Assembly (NCBI GenBank): GCA_048886185.1
Contig: JBHLKY010000007.1
Location: forward strand, 60,001 to 92,000
Source of the DNA: Candidatus Hermodarchaeota archaeon
Lineage (GTDB): Archaea > Asgardarchaeota > Heimdallarchaeia > Hodarchaeales > Hodarchaeaceae
Direction of reading: 5' to 3'
Length of the DNA: 32,000 nucleotides
Position 1 is the first letter of the stretch; every line of letters starts with the position of its first letter. The notes beneath the pieces are model-generated. The model made no database searches. It worked only from the letters and a program-made list of their open reading frames with translations, and was not told the DNA's origin. Of this stretch, positions 26,687 through 32,000 are shown one piece after another. A program made the translations under genes and the position numbers.

Positions 26687-29600
26687 ATGGCAACAATTGA
26701 GTTAGATAAGGTCAAATCCCCCGCTATTAGTGGTCATTCAATTGAGTTGAATAAACTTGTTTCCGATTTGGATTCAAATTTGGAGAAGGGCATTTCTCAA
26801 GAGGATGCTACAAAAAGACTTTTAAAATATGGTCCGAACGTAATTCCCAAACCTAAACAGAGTTTCTGGCAAGTATATCTCGCTCCATTATTAAACACAT
26901 TAATAGTCATATATTTAGTCATGACTGGTTTTATACTTATTCTTGCACTCATTTATTTACTCATAAATCCAAGTGATCCTTCTATATGGTTTACAGCAAT
27001 CCAATGGATAATAATTGTAGGGGTGAACTTTCTAATTGCAATTGTTCAACAAGCACGTGCTCAAAAAAAGATAGAAGCACTGCATAAGCTAGCGGCACCC
27101 GAAGCACGTGTTATTCGCGATGGATCAGAATTCGAAATACCTACTGAGGAAGTAGTCCCTGGTGATATCATCAGAATCGCTCAGGGGGACAAAATTCCTG
27201 CTGATGCCCGTGTTGTAAAATCCAGCTCGTTACAAGTTAATGAATCATCTTTAACTGGAGAGAGTGTTCCTACTACCAAAGTAGAAACGGGTGAAATCAT
27301 CTTTGATGCTGATACTCCCATTGGAGATCGAAAAAACATGTTATTCAATGGAACTTTTGCGACTATGGGTTCTGGATTGGCACTAGTTGTGAATACGGCT
27401 GGAAACACAGAATTTGGAAAAATTAGTCTTGAATTGGAAGAATTGAACACTGGAGACATTCCTATAAGGCAAAAAGTTAATGTTATCGGCAATTATCTGG
27501 CATTTGGGATGTTAGTCGTCTTTAGTATGTTAATAATCTATCAAGGAGCAAGAATTCTTGATAAATTAGAGCAAGGATATCTTAGCTTTAATGAACCAAT
27601 CAGATTGCTTGGAGAAATTATTTTCGAATTAAGTAATATCATTATCAAAGCGATGAGCGTTGTTCCCATTAATATCCCCTTATTGACAACAATCATCTTA
27701 ATTACAGGCGTTCTTGCCATGGCTAAGCATAAAGTAATTATTAGGAACTTAGCTTCAATTGAAAGCTTGGGTAGAATCTCCATTCTGTGCTCTGATAAAA
27801 CAGGCACCATTACTGCTGGTCAAATGACAGTTAAAAGGATTTGGGATGCCACCACAGATAAACATTATTTTGTTACTGGCTTAGGATACTCTCCAGAAGG
27901 AAAAATTGTTGAATTAAGAGAAAACTTTGAAAAGATAAAAGAAAATGAGGCAAGAGATCTTACTGCGAAGTCAGTTGAGTTAGACTCCTCTTTGGGAATG
28001 TTGATTACATCAGGCATGTTGAATAATGATAGTGAGATTATTGAAGAGTATATTGAAGCCACAAAGAAGTATGCTTACACTGGAACAGGAAGTCCAACTG
28101 AAAGTGCACTATTGGCTTTATTTAACAAAACCCAGATAGAAAAAGGAAAGGTCAAAGAGAAATTTGAAACATTACGAGAATATCCTTTTGATTCATCATT
28201 GAAACGAATGAGCAAGGTTTTCAAAACCAATGATTCTAAAATTATCGTTTTTACCAAAGGGGCTACTGAAGTTCTCTTACCGATGTGTGAGAGGATAGGA
28301 TACGATAAAAAGGGAGGAAAACAGTTATCCAAAAATGATAAACAGAAAATATTAGACTCCACAGAGAAGTTCGCAGGCCAAGGTTATCGAATTCTATCTC
28401 TTGCCTATAAGACTGTTGACAAACTTCCTGAAAAGGGAGACGAAGAACGAGACGAAATTGAATCTCATCTCTCATATCTTGGTTTTGTTGCAGTTTTAGA
28501 TCCTCCTAGAGACCTCGTTGACAAATCCGTTGATGAAACAATAAAAGCTGGAATTGTGCCAATAATGATTACAGGAGATTCTCCTGTAACAGCTTCCTCC
28601 ATCGCTAATAGTATTGGAATGGTTTATCAAAAGGAACATCAAACACATGAAGGAAAGATGGCTTCAGAGCTAGCTGATAAAGATTTTGAAAATACACGTG
28701 TTTTTGCGCGTGTTGCGCCTCAAGATAAACAGATTATTGTTGCACGTTATCAAAATAGAGATCGTGTGGTTGCAATGACTGGTGATGGAGTAAATGATGC
28801 TCTTGCACTGAGTATGGCTGATGCAGGCATTGCTATGGGGATTGCTGGAACAGAAGTGAGTAAGCAAGCAGCTGATCTTGTTATTGCAGATGATTCCTTT
28901 AACTCCATTGTAACAGGTATCAGAGAAGGTCGGGCGTTATTTCAACGAATCAGAGTGATAATATTCTTTTACGTATGTGTAAATTTAGCTGAAGCAGGTT
29001 GTTACATAGGTGCTTCATTCATTTCTGGTTTCATTCCAGGTTTTGAACTCATGGATCATTTGCAACGGGCTTATATTTTTGGTATTGCACACACATTTCC
29101 TCCACTTGCATTGATCATTGATGGAATCCCCAAAGATATTATGGATCGTAGTCCGATTGATACTGCTGGAATATTTAATAAAAGGTTAGGTTTAACGTTA
29201 CTAATTACTTCGATTAGTCTTGCGGTCGTTATTTATGTAGTTTATTTTTCAACATATTTTGGTTTCTTCTTTCCTGTAAATTTGGAATTTGTTAATAATT
29301 ACTACATCCCAATTTTTCATGACGATCCCTCTGTTGCGGAAAATAATCTTAGACCGCTTTCTTGGAACCACGCTAAAGCTCGAACGTATATGCATACTAT
29401 CTTATACCTTGCTATCCCTCTGATTATTCTATCAATTCGTCGCATAGATAAAAGTCTCTTTAAAGCAATTAAAGAGGATTCGTACTGGTTCACATATGTC
29501 CTTGCGTTCTCAATAATTCCCATACATTTGGTTTTAATGTACATTCCACTCTTTCAAAATTTGATAGCAAATTTTGGGCTTTATGTAGATATTATTGCAC

Positions 29601-29704
29601 TCGAGGTTAACGATTGGATCTTATGTATTATCGCTGCATTAATACCTCTATTTGTGCTTGAGTCACTAAAATGGTTTAACAGAATAAGAGGGCAGTATTA
29701 TTAG
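26687..29704 (+). CDS. P-type ATPase with P2-like scaffold and atypical transport site
   Basis: LQVNESSLTGES, CSDKTGT phosphorylation site, KGATE, DPPR, MITGD, FARVAP, MTGDGVNDA, about 10 TM helices; AGGAG at 26674-26678. Confidence 0.95.
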   Translation: MATIELDKVKSPAISGHSIELNKLVSDLDSNLEKGISQEDATKRLLKYGPNVIPKPKQSFWQVYLAPLLNTLIVIYLVMTGFILILALIYLLINPSDPSIWFTAIQWIIIVGVNFLIAIVQQARAQKKIEALHKLAAPEARVIRDGSEFEIPTEEVVPGDIIRIAQGDKIPADARVVKSSSLQVNESSLTGESVPTTKVETGEIIFDADTPIGDRKNMLFNGTFATMGSGLALVVNTAGNTEFGKISLELEELNTGDIPIRQKVNVIGNYLAFGMLVVFSMLIIYQGARILDKLEQGYLSFNEPIRLLGEIIFELSNIIIKAMSVVPINIPLLTTIILITGVLAMAKHKVIIRNLASIESLGRISILCSDKTGTITAGQMTVKRIWDATTDKHYFVTGLGYSPEGKIVELRENFEKIKENEARDLTAKSVELDSSLGMLITSGMLNNDSEIIEEYIEATKKYAYTGTGSPTESALLALFNKTQIEKGKVKEKFETLREYPFDSSLKRMSKVFKTNDSKIIVFTKGATEVLLPMCERIGYDKKGGKQLSKNDKQKILDSTEKFAGQGYRILSLAYKTVDKLPEKGDEERDEIESHLSYLGFVAVLDPPRDLVDKSVDETIKAGIVPIMITGDSPVTASSIANSIGMVYQKEHQTHEGKMASELADKDFENTRVFARVAPQDKQIIVARYQNRDRVVAMTGDGVNDALALSMADAGIAMGIAGTEVSKQAADLVIADDSFNSIVTGIREGRALFQRIRVIIFFYVCVNLAEAGCYIGASFISGFIPGFELMDHLQRAYIFGIAHTFPPLALIIDGIPKDIMDRSPIDTAGIFNKRLGLTLLITSISLAVVIYVVYFSTYFGFFFPVNLEFVNNYYIPIFHDDPSVAENNLRPLSWNHAKARTYMHTILYLAIPLIILSIRRIDKSLFKAIKEDSYWFTYVLAFSIIPIHLVLMYIPLFQNLIANFGLYVDIIALEVNDWILCIIAALIPLFVLESLKWFNRIRGQYY

Positions 29705-29721
29705 TTTGAAATGACTAGAAA

Positions 29722-30909
29722 TCAAGAACTAAAATTTGTTTTTTGATCGATTTCTCTAATCAGTTTTTTTACAAATTCTTCGACATTACTGAGGGTATCT
29801 TTGTCTATATTTTCAATAGTATCTGTTTCCCAGTGCCAATTCGGAGGCACATCATTTTCATTAAGAGCTAAGAATGATAAAACTTTATATCCCCTAATGA
29901 TTGCAACAGTTCCATCAGTATAACCTGCGCGGAATGATCTTTCTTCAACATTTAATTCAGGATGATTAATTTGTATCTCACGAGCTATCTGAAGCATCTC
30001 GGGATCAGCTTTACGAGAAAAGATCATTCCTTCTATCGGGGCGAAAATTGGAGTACCAGCTCCAATATTATCCAAATTAATGAAATATGCCTCACGAAGA
30101 TCCTTCCCAAATTTCTTAAGGAATTCGATCATACCCGTACAAAATGCCTCCTCACAACCCGTAAAGACCGAAATAATCTCAGTTTCTTGTAATGGTTCCT
30201 TTATAAAAGATTTTACTAGTTCTAGGGCAATAGCGACTCCAGAAGCATTATCATTTGCGCCAGGTACTAATTCATTTCGCCATTCCCTTAAAATTAGTAA
30301 CAGACTTGAATAGAGAGATGGAATAACTAGAATTAATGAAATTGGCCAGATTATTGAAGGAATGAGTGGAACCTCAATAAATTCAAATAATGCTCCTACA
30401 CTATAGAGCCCAAAAATCAAGAATAATATAACTAGATTCATAAGCGCAAGTTTTCTAAAGGATGCAACTCTTTTGGGATGATGTGTAAAATCAGCTTTCG
30501 ATGAATCATAGTGAGCAATTAAAACAACCTTTTTTACTGGTAGTTGTTTTGTTTTTATCTTTCCAATCACGTTTTGACTCATACGAGTGTAAAATAGCCG
30601 TGAAATATTAGGCCGATTATCAGTTTCAAATAAAAAAGCAAATACCCCTATTCCTGCAACGATTGCAGCTAAAGTAGGCGAAATAAGAAAGATCAATATA
30701 GCTATCTGGGGGAATAACCACGAAAAAATGTTTGGCCAGGACCAAGTTGAAGTTCCACGAAAAGATTGCACAGAAACCTGTACATCTGAGCCTAAAGATT
30801 CAAGATAGTTCTCTAGATACTTTGCAGCTGTCTTTTCTCCGCCACTAGTGGGAGCCCGAGGGCCTATATCCTCTGCAAGATACTTAATGTGTGTTAATGC
30901 GTTGGTCAA
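29722..30909 (-). CDS. M28 family Zn-peptidase with inserted transmembrane helices
   Basis: IAHYDS, GANDNASGV, GCEE, NLDNIG and PNWHWETD; two hydrophobic insertions. Confidence 0.88.
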   Translation of the reverse strand: MTNALTHIKYLAEDIGPRAPTSGGEKTAAKYLENYLESLGSDVQVSVQSFRGTSTWSWPNIFSWLFPQIAILIFLISPTLAAIVAGIGVFAFLFETDNRPNISRLFYTRMSQNVIGKIKTKQLPVKKVVLIAHYDSSKADFTHHPKRVASFRKLALMNLVILFLIFGLYSVGALFEFIEVPLIPSIIWPISLILVIPSLYSSLLLILREWRNELVPGANDNASGVAIALELVKSFIKEPLQETEIISVFTGCEEAFCTGMIEFLKKFGKDLREAYFINLDNIGAGTPIFAPIEGMIFSRKADPEMLQIAREIQINHPELNVEERSFRAGYTDGTVAIIRGYKVLSFLALNENDVPPNWHWETDTIENIDKDTLSNVEEFVKKLIREIDQKTNFSS

Positions 30910-31035
30910 AGAGTATCACCACTTATCATCACTTTAATGTTGTTTTAATTTAGGTTTTGACAATAGAGTATTTATAGAATCCAATCCTGTTCATTATCTT
31001 ATTCTGAGTTACTATTTATTTTAACATGAAACAAC

Positions 31036-31043
31036 TATAAAAA
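31036..31043 (+). promoter_or_regulatory. Candidate TATA box for the M20 peptidase gene
   Basis: TATAAAAA ends 25 bp upstream of the ATG at 31069 and is preceded by the purine-rich GAAACAAC. Confidence 0.4.
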
Positions 31044-31068
31044 CACTAATTTGAACAAGGCGCTTAAG

Positions 31069-32000
31069 ATGGAGATAAAAGAGACAATTTCATTACTTTC
31101 TGAACTCATACAAAATAAATGCGTAAATCCTCCCGGAAATGAGCTGAAATCGATCCAAACAATTCAGCGTTTCTTGCAAGAGCGAAATATCCAATGCCAA
31201 GTATTTGAGTCGGCTCCAAATAGGGGAAATTTAGTTACAAAGATCTCTGGAACAGATAACGGGCCAAAAATGATGTTCGGGCCTGCTCATGTCGATGTAG
31301 TACCAGTAGAAAATCCAAATGAATGGGAAGTTGGTCCATTTTCAGGAACTGTTAAGGATGGATATGTATGGGGTCGTGGTGCGTTGGATATGCTTTATAT
31401 CGTAGTAACGCAAGTGCAAGCTTTTGTTAAACTTCATCAAGAGAAATTCCAACCAAAAGGAGATTTAATCTTATTAATAGTTGCGGATGAAGAAGCTGGG
31501 GGCCTCTATGGTGCTGAGTGGATGTTGAAAAATCATCCTGATTTAGTAAAGACAGATTATCTTGTTACAGAGGCAGGAGGGATTTCAATTGCTCCAGGAA
31601 AAGTAGCTTTCATAATTGGAGAGAAAGGAGGAACTTGGAAACGAATTTCCTTCAAAGGAACCCCTGGTCATGGTTCAATGCCATATGGCAGTGATAATGC
31701 CGCTGTGAAAGCTGCAGAAGCGATTAAACGCATAACTGAATACACTCCTCCTGTCACAAATGAATATCTGAGCTATCTAGCACATGGATTGGATCTTGGA
31801 ATTGTGCAGCGCATTATGTTGACTAATACACATGTTCTCTCATTTACTCTTAAAAATCTTCAAAAAAGTGATCCTATGATGGCCCGTATGGTTCATGGTT
31901 TAAGTAGGATGACAATGTCACCAAACATTGTTAAAGGAGGAATAAAAGTTAATATGATCCCAGCTTTTGCTTACATTGATGTAGACATACGAACATTGCC
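31069..32000 (+). CDS. M20/ArgE/DapE family metallopeptidase (3'-truncated; absent from the ORF track)
   Basis: Own translation from ATG 31069 gives MEIKETISLLSELIQNKCVNPPGNE...GPAHVDVVP...VWGRGALDM...ADEEAGG...GEKG...GTPGHGSMP. The frame stays open to the window end. Confidence 0.92.
   Translation, partial: MEIKETISLLSELIQNKCVNPPGNELKSIQTIQRFLQERNIQCQVFESAPNRGNLVTKISGTDNGPKMMFGPAHVDVVPVENPNEWEVGPFSGTVKDGYVWGRGALDMLYIVVTQVQAFVKLHQEKFQPKGDLILLIVADEEAGGLYGAEWMLKNHPDLVKTDYLVTEAGGISIAPGKVAFIIGEKGGTWKRISFKGTPGHGSMPYGSDNAAVKAAEAIKRITEYTPPVTNEYLSYLAHGLDLGIVQRIMLTNTHVLSFTLKNLQKSDPMMARMVHGLSRMTMSPNIVKGGIKVNMIPAFAYIDVDIRTL

Noticed and set aside
26687-29704. Outright annotation as a Ca2+-ATPase or as a P4 flippase
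   Set aside because: Most Ca2+ ligands are missing, while the P4 hallmarks DGET and TM5 Lys are also absent; the substrate is left unassigned.
688-30313. Short alternative-frame or antisense ORFs of 60-123 aa (e.g. 1451..1720, 5978..6277, 10514..10885, 13640..13915, 27181..27492, 28075..28362)
   Set aside because: They lie within or mostly overlap well-supported genes and show no recognisable motifs; treated as shadow ORFs.
1-32000. CRISPR arrays, tRNA/rRNA genes, transposases, integrases, defence systems
   Set aside because: No regularly spaced repeats, cloverleaf-like sequence or relevant protein motifs were seen; intergenic gaps are all under 300 bp.

Overview
AT-rich, gene-dense prokaryotic window, probably from an Asgard archaeon (Heimdall/Loki-like). 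That placement is inferred from an Asgard-style longin-like domain, BRE/TATA-like promoters, a geranylgeranyl-reductase paralogue and a wHTH regulator. In order it holds: a sirtuin (5'-truncated), a metallo-beta-lactamase-fold gene broken by an in-frame TAA, a divergent crotonase-family / 4-hydroxybutyryl-CoA-dehydratase-like pair, an MFS permease fused to a longin-like domain, a 603-aa unknown protein, a wHTH regulator, a MefA-like MFS, two unknown proteins plus two methyltransferases, and an SDR. An 11-kb molybdenum-hydroxylase island follows, with two convergent xanthine-dehydrogenase-family modules, XdhC, MoaD-like and MocA genes, and an orphan 7TM histidine kinase between the modules. The window ends with a GGR-family flavoprotein, a P-type ATPase, and M28 and M20 peptidases (the last 3'-truncated). 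No rRNA, tRNA, CRISPR array or mobile element was recognised. The most unusual signals are the P2-like ATPase whose Ca2+ site is rewritten (PEGLP to PINIP, TM6 Asp to His), the MFS-longin fusion with its possibly longin-containing neighbour, and a stand-alone C2-like protein beside a hairpin membrane protein. All motif alignments were done by eye from recalled reference sequences; no searches were run.
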